From Podarcis filfolensis (Eukaryota), in NCBI GenBank assembly GCA_964270895.1, contig OZ185442.1: DNA of 64,000 nt; one strand, 5' to 3'. Every line of letters starts with the position of its first letter. The first letter of the stretch is position 1. Shown here in pieces: positions 1 through 40,365 of the stretch. Below the pieces are notes generated by a model. The model saw nothing but the letters and a program-made list of their open reading frames with translations. It did no database searches and had not been told where the DNA came from. The position numbers were made by a program, and so were the translations under genes.

Positions 1-14
1 GAAGGCAAGTGGTA

Positions 15-98
15 TGATGCAACCCTGGTGTAGTGAAATAGCCGGATAGTAAGATGCGCTTTTTGTCGGCCTGATTCACAACACCAGCTGCAGCAACG
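15..98 (-). ncRNA. MIR138-2: pre-miR-138-2 hairpin
   Basis: Minus strand reads CGTTGCTGCAGCTGGTGTTGTGAATCAGGCCG-loop-CGGCTATTTCACTACACCAGGGTTGCATCA, matching my recall of the miR-138-2 precursor. 3p arm at 21-42; CNNC (CTTC, positions 4-1) 17 nt past the 3p arm; located downstream of NUP93 as in mammals. Confidence 0.96.
67..89 (-). ncRNA. MIR138: mature miR-138-5p
   Basis: Exact reverse complement of AGCUGGUGUUGUGAAUCAGGCCG (plus strand cggcctgattcacaacaccagct). Confidence 0.97.
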
Positions 99-3000
99 AT
101 ACCGTGACTCCAGGCTGGGGGCTGCCAGGCTCCTGATCCACCTTGGAAAACAGCTTGCCGATGTCTCGTTTCAAAAACAAATCACACTACTTTTTTTAAA
201 AACAACAACAACAACACCACACTTGCATTTTTTTACTCTTCTTCTTAGACAATTTCATTCATTCAAACCCCAAGGCCCATCACAGGATCTAATGCAAGCA
301 ACAGGTCAATGATGACAACCAACAAGAAGCCAAATAGATTAATTCTACACCTAAGTAATTTAATTAATTTTAGTGGGCATGACCTGAATACAATTTAATT
401 GGATACAGCCCACTGTCTTTAAACAGGAACAAAATCCATGTCATTCATCATAGTGGGGAAGACAGGCCAGATGTGGCCGATCAGTCTGGCAGGGAGTTAA
501 ACTGTTGATGGGCAGCTTCAAGGTTTCTCTAGCTTTTCTTTCTTATCTTTAAACTGAACTTGGAATGGGGAAGGCCCTTCAAGGAGAGGAATGTCCTTTA
601 GGTCAGAAGTCATCAGCTCCATGAATATGGTTTTGGACACCACCATGAGATTTATGGATGCTAATGTTCTGTTGAATTACGTACCAATCCTTTGGAACGT
701 GACAGAGGGACAATTTAGCTGGCTTCTAAGGGTACTCGTGGTGGCTAAACCACTAATACTTCAATACTGGAATCAGATGTCTACCCCTCCCAATCATACA
801 GTAGACAGAGGACATAACTGGCAGCAAATGAGAAGGTGACCATAACCACAAGAAAAATGGGAAATTCTCTGATATAGTACAGTTCTATTTGCTTGACTGT
901 CTGGGCACTGGGCTGGACCTCCAGCTATTCTACTCCCTTACATCTACTATTATGATTTAATGTATATTGTTGTATTTGTTTTTGATTTCGGAAAAGTCAA
1001 GTTTAAAAAATGGTTAATAACAGCAGCAAAAGACTGTCCTTTGCAAAGTGAGCCACACAGCCGCATTATCATGTACAGAAGTTAGAAAAAAGTGGCTGAT
1101 AAAAACATGTTTAAAACTGTCAATTCCTTTTGAGATCACCCACCTTTTACCATTTATTCAGTGTATGTGTTTGTTTGTTTTTAACAGCACTACCAAATCT
1201 CCATACTTTTACCTTTTGAAGGAGGACGCAATCTTTAATATTTCCTTTTCCGAACCCACCAACTTTCCTTTGCTGGTGATTATACTGACCTCCATCAATA
1301 TCCAGCCTAATTCTATGAACATTTATTTGAACCTATTGATATTTGTAGGGTTAATCCTAGGGAAAAGGGCACAACCCACTCAGAATTAAGCACTTTGGCA
1401 CTGCATTGTTTTCAATGGGAGAGATTTATGCACACATTTAAGATTCCCACTGAAATCAACGGACCCGAAAAGGGCTTCAGTCATGAGTGGATTGTGCCCA
1501 GTCCACCAAATGCACAGGATTGTTACCTAAAGCAGGGATGTCTCTTAATTTCTCAGAATGAAGCAAGCTTTAGGGCTATTAGCCTCAATATGGTTAAAAT
1601 AAACTTAGAATGGTTGAAATAAAGAAAATGGATGCTACATCATGCCTGCTTTAAGCTACCGTGGGATAAATGACCCTCCCTTTTGCCAAAGGGAGAACCA
1701 AATTCTTCCCAACTCCAATGAGAACAGTCAGGTGACACAAATCCGCTTCCAGCCACCGTGGAGATGTTGTGCCAAAATAAATTTACTAGAAGACCTTAGG
1801 AACATGGTGCCCATTCCCTAAAAAATGCACAGAAAACATTTTAGAGGAGAGACTGTGAATGACCATTTCTTCTTTCAGCAGAACCTTTCATACATCTTTG
1901 AAATTAAAGAAGCATTATTCATTTGTTCGGCATCAGGAGGGAACTTGCTGTCGTGAGCATGCAGTGAAAGTGCCTGGTGGGGGATGATGGGAGTTCCAGT
2001 CTGACAACATCTGGAGAGTAGCAGGCTGTGCAAAGCTGAGCTGACTAGTTCAATCCACACTAACTGGTCCTGCCCTGTGATGTCTCAATGGACAGGGGCC
2101 ACACCAGTGCTGCTTGCCAGTTTTTACTGAAATCAGGTGGTTGGGTGCTAGCTGTAGTTCCCACAGGGTTGAAAGGCACACATGTACATTATTGCTAAAT
2201 TATTATTAGCTAAGAATTAGCTTCATGTGGGGGGGGTGGGGGTGGGTGAGAGACCTGCAGGGGTTCTGGCTTAAACATGGAAGGTGCAAATAATAAGTTA
2301 ACACCCTCCCTTTGTTCCCTTTATACTGGTACTGAGTTACTGGATGGAGTAATCCTAATATTTTCCAATCAATAGAGAAGAGTGGGCAGATTTGCAGACA
2401 GAGATTTGAGATACAGTAGTTGCTTGTTGATATATCGAAGCAAACATTTCTTTCTTTCCCTGAACAGTTTGCCATCGTATCTTTTAATTTTGGTTTGTAT
2501 TCTAGCAGTTTTTTTAAAATATTTATATAAAAAAATCTAAATTGTGCTTTTCTGTTTGCAGAAGGACCTATTAAAGAGCCTATTAGTCAAGTAACTTAAA
2601 TCCATTGCTTTCAACAGGTCAATTTGACAATGATTTAGCCAGATGTCACCCTGGGAAACAAGTTATTATGAGATACCCAAAGTTGGTTATCTCTGTATTT
2701 ATCTTAAATGCTTTTAGCATCATTTTTATGGAACACAAGCAGCCATTATTTCAAAGCCTTTGCTAAAACCCAATGGGAGTTGGACTGCAATAAATTACTG
2801 GCTCAGAATATCCAGCTCCAACCCCAGGCTATTATGCTGCGCTTTTCCTGACAGTAGAAATGGCACGAATGTGAGTTTTCAACACACTGGGCTCATTGAC
2901 AGATCCAACTCAATTTTATCAGGACTTAAATCATAGTTTAGGCCTGTCTTCTCCTTCAAAGACCCATCATCTCACACGTGAGAGCGTCATGGAAATTAAT

Positions 3001-4760
3001 CCTCAACTGACCCCAGCTATGGGGTTTATTGATCCTTTGTGATTCAAGCTCTGAGCAGCTGATTGACTCACAGGTACTGCAGTCAGGTTTTCATCTCACC
3101 TTACCTGCACACCTTGACCTGTGTGGGTATCTATCTGTCCATCATCTTCACCACCCACCCCAGTGCACCTACGTAGGCTGTTGCCTAGTTCATGTCTCAA
3201 TAAACTAGTCCACCTTTAAAGAATGGTGGTTTTACTGTAAAAATGTAATGTGGTTTGGGGTGTGCATGTGCAAGGCTGACCCATGACACCTGACACTGCA
3301 TGGGCCTGTATCGTATTATCCCAAGAGCTGTGCCCAAGCATCATCTGAAACATGGCACTACTCCAGGCAACTTCTTGTGCACCTGGGTTCCCCATGTATG
3401 TATGTACGTACATGTGGATGGGGTTTAGCAACTTACTGTCACTTGCCACACAGCCATAACATCTTGGCCAAGGGTCACCAACATGGTGCCCATGGGCACC
3501 AATGTGCTTACCAGCAGCTCTTGGCATCTGCAAAAAGGTCTCAGTAAATATATCCTCCAAATTCCACACTGCCAAAGAGGCTGTTTGCCCTATCTCAACT
3601 TCTCCTCCATTGAACATGCCCCCTTAAACATGCTTTCATATCACTGGATGCCAGGGGTGCTCCCCGCCCCCCGCCTTCTGAAAAAAGGAAATTGTTTGTT
3701 TGCGAGAGTGGCAGAGGCTGGCATTCACATCTCTCCCTCCCCCATTTATTCAGGTGGCACACTTGTCCCTTTTTCTGCTCTTTTAGGTGTGGTAGCCATT
3801 TTGTATTATGTCATTCCATACACAACTTTCTTTCTGTGACTGGCACCCACAGCACTCGCACAGATCTCCCTTCAGGAATTCCTATCATATTCTCTCCAGC
3901 TCTTACTCTCATCCTTCCCTCTCTTCTTTATGTTTTCTCAGTTATTGCCTTTAATAAAAAAAACACTTTTGGAATAAGCCACGACAAAGCAGCCGATTAG
4001 CAAATCATGCTGTAGATTAGTGATGATTCTTGTTGGCCCTATTCCAATTGGATTTCTGTTTGCTTTTGTCTCGTTGCATTTTGTGAAGTTTGTTGGTTTT
4101 AAAATCTATTTGTATGTTCCAACTTGTGTTTTACCCTGGAATCATTTAATGAAGGTGGTTAAGATACATTTTAAATAAACAAAACCAACAGAGAAATTGA
4201 GGCTGATTTGCTTAATCATATTCTGATTGTTGATTCTGGGTTTCCCATGAACACCCACAAAGAAGGGAGAAGCCAACTCTGTATGAAGTGGGGCTCCTGA
4301 TTTTTTTATGGCAGCCCCATCTCAAACTCCCTCCCTTCCCTCCATAATAGGTAGAACAGCCTTTGCTAATCTGGTGCCCTCTGGATGTTTCAGACTACAG
4401 TTTCCACCTACTAAACATTCAGGGGGCACTAAGTTGGTAACTTACCTTGTGTCCTAATGTCATGGCGATGAGCATTCCTCCCTGCTAAGGATCACTAGTC
4501 ATCACTAGCAGAATTGGAGAAATGCTTGGCATGAAATGCTACCCAGACCAGTTGTACTGTGTCTTATGGAGGGGAAGAATGGAACCCCAGATGCTGATGT
4601 TTTCAATGGCAGTTTTTATAGTTTCACTCTACACCTTCCTGATCTACAGAAGCACTGAAGTCTAGACTATGAGGAGGCAGGGAGGATGCTGCCTCCCACA
4701 GTGAAATTGGAGACGCTGACCTCACTGTTGGAGAATCATGGACCTAACCAGCCTCTAGAA

Positions 4761-5010
4761 CAGGGGTCAGCAAACTTTTTCAGCAGGGGGCCAGTCCACT
4801 GTCCCTCAGACCTTGTGGGGGGCTGGACTATATTTTGAAAATAAAAATGAATGAATTCCTGTGCCCCACAAATAACCCAGAGATGCATTTTAAATAAGAG
4901 GATACATTCTACTCATGTAAAAACACACTGATTCCTGGACCGTCCGCAGGCCAGATTTAGAAGGCGATTGGGCCGGATCTGGCCCCTGGGCCTTAGTTTG
5001 CCTATCCATG
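4761..5010. mobile_element. hAT (Charlie-like) MITE, 250 bp
   Basis: Termini CAGGGGTCAGCAAACT...AGTTTGCCTATCCATG; perfect 8-bp TSD CTCTAGAA at 4753-4760 and 5011-5018 (NTCTAGAN target typical of hAT-Charlie). Confidence 0.85.
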
Positions 5011-5433
5011 CTCTAGAAGTATTCAACTGCACCTCCCTGCTTTCCAAAGGAGTGCATGCCACTGCATGTGAGGGAATGCTGCAGAACATAAGCAGCAGGA
5101 TGGCTTGAACCCAAGGATGCATGAATGGGACTCTACTCATGCAACAAGGAGTCCCTGCCTGCCCCTCTCCACACTGCCATCCTCTGTACCCCCTGAAAAG
5201 CCACCCTTGAGGGCTGGAAGATCCACCAGAGATGCACAGGTTTGGGGGGGAGGAGTTGCTGCAAGAAGGAGGTAGGCTTCAGCTAGTGGATATGTCATTT
5301 GTGCAAGAGCACTTTGGGATTCAAATATCCTGCAGCCAGTGCAGGTAAGAGTTAATTATATGAGATAATTTAGGACCAACACATCTCTCGCATCCCATAG
5401 CAGTAGAAATCAAGCCTCATCAATTTCCTAGGA

Positions 5434-5788
5434 GAAGGGTTGCCAACATGGGGCCCCTAAGCGCAACAGTACCCTCGAGGTTTTCCCCTGACACCCACAA
5501 AATCTAAGATAAACCTTATCTTACTGCCCACCCCCTGTTCATGAGGTGGTGAGAATGGTAACCCGTTTCTCCGGGTTCAAACTTTTACCCAGATCACTTG
5601 GAAAAATGTGTGTGTGTGTGCGTGTGTGTGCGCGCGCGCGCACTTTCTCTTTTTCTGTCTTCCAGGGATTGGGCGGGGGGAGGGGAGGTTGATGCAGGGA
5701 GAGAAATGTCCAGGGAGGGGGTATACCTATGGCACTTGCTTAAAAATCCAAAATGTGCCCATGGACTAAAAAACATTGGTGACCCCTG
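5434..5788. mobile_element. older hAT-like MITE containing a (TG)n(CG)n tract
   Basis: Degenerate TIRs GAAGGGTTGCCAAC / TTGGTGACCCCTG; weak 8-bp TSD (tcctagga vs cctaagga). Confidence 0.45.
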
Positions 5789-5976
5789 CCTAAGGAATTA
5801 AAATAAAGGACACAGTGCCTGCCTCCCTAGATCCTGCTCCTTCGTTAAAATGAGCTTCCCCCTTCCCCCACCTCTCGAAACAAAGAAATATTGTAAAAAG
5901 CAAAATAAATGAATAAGTGAACATAAATAATGGCAAAAATAAAGCAAAATGTCAAAACAAATATAAATCAAAAAAA

Positions 5977-5982
5977 TTTATT
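5977..5982 (-). terminator. NUP93 polyadenylation signal AATAAA
   Basis: Plus-strand tttatt about 100 nt after the stop codon, followed on the minus strand by a long U/GU-rich tract (5880-5975). Confidence 0.7.
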
Positions 5983-6083
5983 GTGGTTGACAAAGTACAT
6001 AATACAAAAAGCAAAAAAACCCCAACTTAAACTGGGCCGCCCACTGAGGGTACCAACAGCATCTGGCAGGTTTCCCAAGGCGC

Positions 6084-33041
<26,958 letters not shown>

Positions 33042-35514
33042 CTGTTGAAAGAAAAAGTACAGATTCAGAAATTGGCTTGACATTTAAATTCAGACACATT
33101 TGGTACTACACCAACCTTTACCAACCTGGTGCCCTCCAGAGGTTTTGGTCTATAATTCCCACCAGCTCCAGCCAGCATGCACTACAGGAGTGATGGAAGG
33201 CTGCCTTACATACACAGCTGGCTTAAGTTTAGTTTTAAGCATAGGTCAACATTCTCTGCAAATTGCTACAACAGCAAGATTATTCAACTTCAGAGGGGAA
33301 AGAGGAAGATGTTCTTGAAGCTCCATGTTAAAATGGAAGAGGTTGAACACTTCCCTTTCAATATATATCTGCATTAACTCTTTACAAAGTGCCCTGCTTC
33401 TGTTCTCTCTCGGCTCCGCACTGCAGCACCTGCTGCCTCTCTTCCGGTTTGTGACAACCAGAACGAAAGCTCTGGATGCCACTGAAGAGACATTAAGCTT
33501 GCCTGATCACAAGGAAGAGTTAAAAAGTGATGGTCTGGTTCTACAAGCTGCAGGCCAGTCCCTGAAAACATACAAATAACTCCAAAAAGGGCAAGCTGAC
33601 TGAACGGCAGAAGCCAAAAATAATTGCTTATTCTTTCACTTATCCAGCTAAAGCATGAGAATAGCTGAACTCCAAAGCTATTCTATTTTTGTTTGTATTA
33701 TTTATCTATCACATTATTTTGGAAGAGTTTAGTGTAGCCCAAGCCCTCAGCCAATTCTCTGGGCAAGGCTTAACAACCTGTCATTGATTTAACACACTCT
33801 GCTTTCCACTTTATTTATTCACAGGGGAACATACCCAAGCAGGCAGCCAGCCAGACCAACCATCAATCCAGAACAGCAAAAACAGCTACTCTTTTATTTG
33901 CTGTGTGCATCTATTTTGCTTTTTAAATCCTGGCTTTATACCCAGTCACATTCCCATCAAACATGAACAGACAACTTGGGGAAATGAGGCACCATCATAG
34001 GAATAGGTAAAAGGCAGAACAAGAGGGGGTCAAGGAAGCAAACAGCAATTCCGAATAACAGAAACTGCAATAGGAAAAATGATGAAGATTTAAATGGAGC
34101 CTCAAATTTGGATTTATGTAATTTGCTTTTTAAAACATTTACCAACAAGCTTAACAAAGTTCAATAAGTAGCTTATGCATCAGGTCTGTGGCTCTCCTGA
34201 AGACACTGGGATCGAACTTCTAGCAGGGCCAATGGTTGGTTAGAGATTATGGGAGTTAAGAGTCCAACAGCATTTGGAAGGCCAAAGATTCCCCATCGTC
34301 CCATAAATTAACATAGTGGGTTTCAACCTCTGTCCAGAGAATTCCAGCTTCTTGGAGATTCCTCAATTAGAAAAATCAGCAGCACAGTAATGGCAGAGTG
34401 CTCCTGAAAGACAGCTTGCCCATTGCAACTGATCTTCCCCAGGAATTGGAAGCTTCTGGAAAGCGTCGGGTTGTAATTCAGTTTCTATGAGTGAACCAGG
34501 ACGCATTTGTCCTAGGGACACCTGCAGTTAGGTTAAAAAGCTATCTTCCACCCTTGACACTGGGTGGCCTGGCCCTCACCAACCAGGATCACACCCTAAA
34601 GTCCAACAAGTGCAAAGCATTCAGACATGTAACCCCCCCCCTTTAAATCTCTCCAATATTCATTACACAGCTTGCTGTTTTAAATGACTGTCCCTACCAT
34701 TTAGCAACCGGCTTCATGAATTTCCAACTGCTTAAATTCAAAGCCTTTTGTATTCTCTAACTCCACACATGTAGACTGTGGCACCGAATGGAGTCTTTGA
34801 TTTGACACCTATCACAGACTTCCAAGTAGATCAGCATTTTCAAAAGCCAATTTCTAGTCTGCACAGTTGCTCATGTAGGCTAGAAAAGACCCAAGGAATG
34901 CCTACAACAGCTCTCATGCTAAAGGGCAAATGCTCTCTTCCTTGCACAACTACATCCCACATCAGCTTTGACCATTTTCTCCTTTTCATGTTATTCTCAC
35001 AATTTAGGTACAAATAACAATTGGGAAAAGGATTAGGCTCCAATTTGCTTGAATTTTGAAAAAGGAGAAGCTGCAAAAAGTGCATGCATGAACACTTCAC
35101 ATCTGACTGGTGTCACATTCCAACCGAGAATGATTCGCGTGAAGTGATCCTGAAATAAAGTATTAAAGTGGGAGCGGGAAGAAACTGCCACATCACACAG
35201 AATGTGTGTTTGATTAATAAAGACTATTACATGGAAGATGCAAGAGAGAAGATTAAGAACAAAATCAGAATGGTCGAGACCAGTTAAGAAACAGGCAGAG
35301 TTCAGTCCTTCCTATTTAATAAATTAAAACAAAGGGAGTTAGATACCTTATACAACTTTGATACAAAGTAAACAAGCAGGATCACTGAAAAGCCAAGATG
35401 ACAATTATAGATCATTTGGCTGTGGCATAAACAGTTTATGACTACTTGGCTGCAGTTTTTAATTTGGCCCAGTTTATCACTTTCTGGTTCCTTCTAGTGG
35501 CTATGATTAGGAGA

Positions 35515-35620
35515 AAGGGGCAGAATGCATGGGCAGAACACATGCTTTGCATACAAAAGGTCCCAGGTTCAATCCTAGTCATCTCCAGGAGTGACTAGGA
35601 GAGATCCTTTAATGAAACTT
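35515..35620 (+). mobile_element. degenerate tRNA(Ala)-derived SINE
   Basis: gcagaacacatgctttgcatacaaaaggtcccaggttcaatcc head homologous to 24840-25005. Confidence 0.6.
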
Positions 35621-37199
35621 TGGTTCTCACTCCTTCCAACGTCACTTTTGCACACTTAGATGCATGTGTTTGAACAAGAACAAACGTAGTTTGAAAAGCT
35701 GCTTTTAAAAAGAGCACAAGTAAAGACAGTGCACCACCAAAGGAGTGAGAGGCAGGGAAAATTGGTTTTTTCCATCAGAAATGCTTTAAGAGCCCATCTA
35801 ACATATACTACCTGCAAACAGGCCATGCCAGTCACTTAGGCAATGCTTGCAAAATAAGGACGTTACTGCTAGACGGCACAGTTCCTGCCAGCAGACGATG
35901 AACAGGGACAGTCCTTGTTAGCGAAGGTCAAGGAGCCAGAGCACAAACAGCTCCAATTTTGTTTAGCTCCAATTTTGTTCTCCTTTTTTTTGGCTCCATC
36001 AGAACTTCATGGAACATTACTGAAAATGTAGACAAATTGATGTCTCTTCTATGCCACGGAGAAATTGGGGAAAATATGTCTTTCTGGGGAATATTTAGTA
36101 TCAGAGCTGTAGCATTTGAAATGTAAACAATACAATATGATAGGCAACCATATTCCAAATAAAAAATAGGAACCAATAATCAAGATACTTACATTGAAGA
36201 GAAGGCACCTGCAGGGTATGCCAACTTAGCTTCAGGGCTGTTCTCATTACATATGCAAAATCATAATTGGATTACAAACTCTGACAACATCATTCTGGTT
36301 CTTAAAGCATTCAGGTTAATTTGGCAATGGTGGGAAGAGACAATTCTGTATGAGGATTCTTTACAAGGAAAGTAGAACATGCTGATCATAGAGCAGAAAA
36401 GATGGCGAGCAGGAAGTCGTGGACAGGGCGTTAAACCAAGCAAAAAACCAGACGTTCTGTTAGAGACAGCCCATCTGCACTAACAACACAGTTGATTGGT
36501 ATGGCATTATTTTCAGGGCCACCAAAAGAAGTAGAAGACAACTCAGAGGCAGGCCCAAGATTGTTTGCAGCATTGCAAGGGATCCTAGGCTGCAATTTGT
36601 GAATCATGCAGGGCAAAATGACTAGGACCAGCCCTACATATCACTGAAGACCTTCTTCCAGAGTTTTCTTAAGGTAACAAAACTGTGAAGGGTTAGATGT
36701 TGAGCTTGTTCAGATATAACACCAAATTATGATTTGAGACTACAATAAACTGTGAAGGAGTCTTGGGTTTCTGAAACATGACCCCAATGTAGTAATCCAT
36801 CTCCTAGTTTGAGGGAACCCACTTGCTGTTTGGTCTAAACTAGCAAATTGTGATTTGGTTGTGGATTGCAACCCTGGTTTGCAGGGCAAATGTAAATATT
36901 AGGTTTGTTGGGTTAGGGTGAACTATAGCTTGCCTCAAACTAGGAATAGAGAGAGGGAACTATGAGCAATATATTTATCACAATATTCAAACCAGATTAA
37001 GGGACATTGAAAAACAAAACATCGAGTCAGCTGTAAAAAAAAAAAGCACCCCCAAGTTCTATGGTTTAAATACAACAGATAACAGGGGCACTTATATTTT
37101 AAAATTAATAATTCTATTCCAACACAGGACCTTCATGTTAGCACGACTGAACGTTTTCCCCTCAGCTTTTGTCAAGGACAGATATTTAAACATCCCCAT

Positions 37200-37535
37200 A
37201 AACAATAGACATTGAATGTACCAGACACTGTAGAACATATTATTTTCTACTGTCCATTCTACAATCAGTTACACAAACGTGTACTATCCCCTTTTTTGGG
37301 CAGTCTAACATCACCGCACAGATTCTATCTGTCTGACTCAGAAGTAACTGCAAGCGTAGCTGAGTTTTTGTCAATAGTATCTCTTAAGAGTAGTGAATGG
37401 TACTATTTAGCAGGAAGAAACTCCAACGAAAACCCTAGAGATTACATATTTTACATGGCTGTTTTTGTATATATTTTAACATTTTATATATGGATGTTTT
37501 ATGATGGCCTGTATTTGTAGTGCCTAATAAAGGCT
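37200..37535 (+). mobile_element. 3' fragment of a LINE related to the 60666-62784 element
   Basis: DTVEHIIFYCPFYNQLHKRVLSPFL aligns to ETVSHVLLSCSLYKDLRDETITPLL; both 3' ends read ATGGCCTGT...AATAAAG.CT. Confidence 0.7.
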
Positions 37536-40275
37536 TGGTGAAGTAGAGAAGGAACTACAGCATAGAGGGTGGGAGGAAAAGGCAGGGAGCATGGCCTCAA
37601 CTTTCCTGAAGGCTTGCTCTTATCACACCAAACCATGGTTTGGCATTACACCTGAACCAGCTCACTATGAGTTATTGCACTGCGCTGCACTGCAGACTTG
37701 TGAGCATCTAGAATACCCTTAAATAAAAAAGCAGCTCTCTCTAACTTGACAACAAAATGATATACCACATGTGGTATCAAGGTTCGTAAATGTGTTTTAG
37801 CAACTATATATACAAGTGTGATCGTTTCTTTTGTTTGAAACTAAATGATGTGCAAAGCAGAAAGGGAATTTTAAATCAAGTTTAGAACAAGGCTGACAGG
37901 TGAGGAGGTCTTGGAATTTAGTACACCCCAGTAAAACTCCAACATGTGCATAGAGAAGGAATCACAGTCCTCACACAAGGCTTCAAATAGCTGCATTGCT
38001 GCAGACAATGGACGCAACCCATCAAACACGACTGCTGGGTCATCTCCATTCATTTCAGGAAAGCTCAGACTGAGATACATACAGCCCACAATGAAATTAA
38101 AGCTGCAGCCATGAAGGATGGATCAGACCCAACACAGGGATGTTTAAAAGAGAAGTCCAATTACAACTGGAAATCTGACAAGGGCTCCGCATTTAATATT
38201 TGGGTGCTAGCTGAAGGGTTTGGATATCCAAAGCAAACTGAGCTAACCACCCTGAATAAGTTTGGTATATGAGTCAATGCTATTTGGAATGGCAATATCG
38301 CCAGTAAGTATGCAGAAAGCATGCAAACATGAAGAAGAAAAGGGAGGCGGGACTAATCTTACTGTCATTGACCTCCATTTTTATGAGGGTGCTTCTGACA
38401 ACAGCAGCAGCAATGGTGCCGGCAGCCATTTTAACCTTCAAATTCTGAAATAACTTCATCAGTTTGTTTGTTTTTTAAATTGAAATTTCTAACTCAAAGC
38501 ATTGGGACGGGTACCATTAGTCGATCATGATTTAATCTAATTCTGCTTGTAATATTTTTCTGTTGAAATGTATATTAACGCTGACATTTCATACTTGGCA
38601 CCAGACACTTGTTAAGCTTTAAAAATGCATGCAATATGAATGGGGCATATGAGTGCATGGCAAGGTTCAGTTTTGAGCTGTCTCTAGGAGTCAATTCCAC
38701 CTCCACCAGGCAGTAAATCTACTTTGATTTAATAATCTGTTAAAGAGAGTAATTATAAATCCATGTAATACTACTTCAAAGTTTGAGCTACATAAATACA
38801 TAGAAAAAAATAAAAATAAAATTAGTGCATTTGTTTTTTCTTTCACCTAATATTTCACTATCAGCAGAGGGTCCTTACTGCTCCAAGGTTCCAACAATAT
38901 TCTTCTCAGTTCTTGATGACCATTATTTTTGACAAAATAATTTAGTTAATAGCTGAGAATTTGCAGAAAGGACAGGAAAAGACCTCTTACCACCTATTGG
39001 AAGCTTATCATCATTTGAAGGTCTGTGTCCCAGTTGATAGCCTGGACCTAAATTTGGGGTCAGTGAATATTTGTTTACTATCAAACAAATAAATTAAACC
39101 CTGTCTTATTTGGTTTCACTACTATCAAGCTATGTCACAGATCTCCGGACAGTAATTCTGTCACAGTTGTTGTGTTTTTTGGACCAGAGATTATTATAAC
39201 TAATAATGGCGATGACAGAAAAATTAAACTAATTTTTACATTAAAAGTATACATTCTGCTTTCAGCTTTCCTCTGGGCTCAGCAATATACAGACTTCACA
39301 AAGTCAGTTCTGTAAGTAGTTCTGCAAGCTCTTGTAACTCCACATTCTATGTTCTGGCTGAACTATACCTAGTGAAATGCTGGGACCAGTGCTTCAAATG
39401 CTATGACAAGCCATCTTGAGCATTGGCACGCCATTATACTTATAGCTGGATAGATGCTACTGTGTATGGCACCCCGATAGAACACCTGTTCTAAACCACA
39501 AATTGACCATTTCCACTGATGTCCTGTCCCCTCACATTAAGCTGCAGGAACTCGTATGATGCTTCTAAGGAGCCAAGCATGGTTATCTGAAAGAAAGGTT
39601 AATCTTCTGGGGCACACAGAGAGAGTCCTTTTAAATGATAGTTTATTCTTAGAATAGAGAAATGCCGTAATAAGAAAAAGATAATTTCAAATATAATTTT
39701 CCATTAAAGAGGCTCCCATATACACTTGCTCAAAACTGGATGCAAAGGCATAGAAAAGGAAAAAGGAGCTATTTCTGGTTCTAGAATGGAAACTGAAAAA
39801 TGATGGTCATAACTGGCAGCAACCAGAACTGAAAAGAATCATCTTCCTCAGAATGAGCAAGGGGAACGCCCTGAAATCAGGCTAGTTAACTAATTTTTCC
39901 TCGTGACGCCATTTTATTGCTTTTTGCTGCCATTTTAGTACTGAAGTTACACGTATGCCTTTTATTTTTCAAGGAAGAAACATTAATGCTTTCTTTCTCA
40001 AACAACCTCAAAATAATCTAGATGTGTCTTTTTACCCTTCCTTCTTTTATGTAGCTGTGGTTTCTGCTATTGCACTGTCCTCAGGTACAAGGGGCAGAAA
40101 AGCACAATTCTGCTACTCCAGGACCCCGCCTTAGCTCTCAGCATTCAATGCATTCAAGCAGGGTTAGGAAATTATGAAAAGTCAGTGGAAAGAGGCTTTC
40201 TTTGGGAATACAAGAGGTAGGGGAGTCTGTTTCCCAATATAAAGACAAAGAGAACCTCCATGAGCCATAGGGACT

Positions 40276-40365
40276 TGGGCTACAATCCTATACTCGCTTA
40301 CCTGGGAGTAAGCCCCAACTGTACTCAACAGGGCTTACTTCTGAGTAGCCATGCATAAACTTGTT
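40276..40365. repeat. short self-complementary dispersed repeat (unclassified)
   Basis: ggctacaatcctat..ttacctgggagtaagcccc..gggcttacttctgagta fold-back; related decayed copies near 22380, 32430 and 54970. Confidence 0.45.

Noticed and set aside
2870-3220. LTR- or Penelope-like segment ending in AATAAA
   Set aside because: No convincing TG..CA termini or TSD; cannot classify without a database search.
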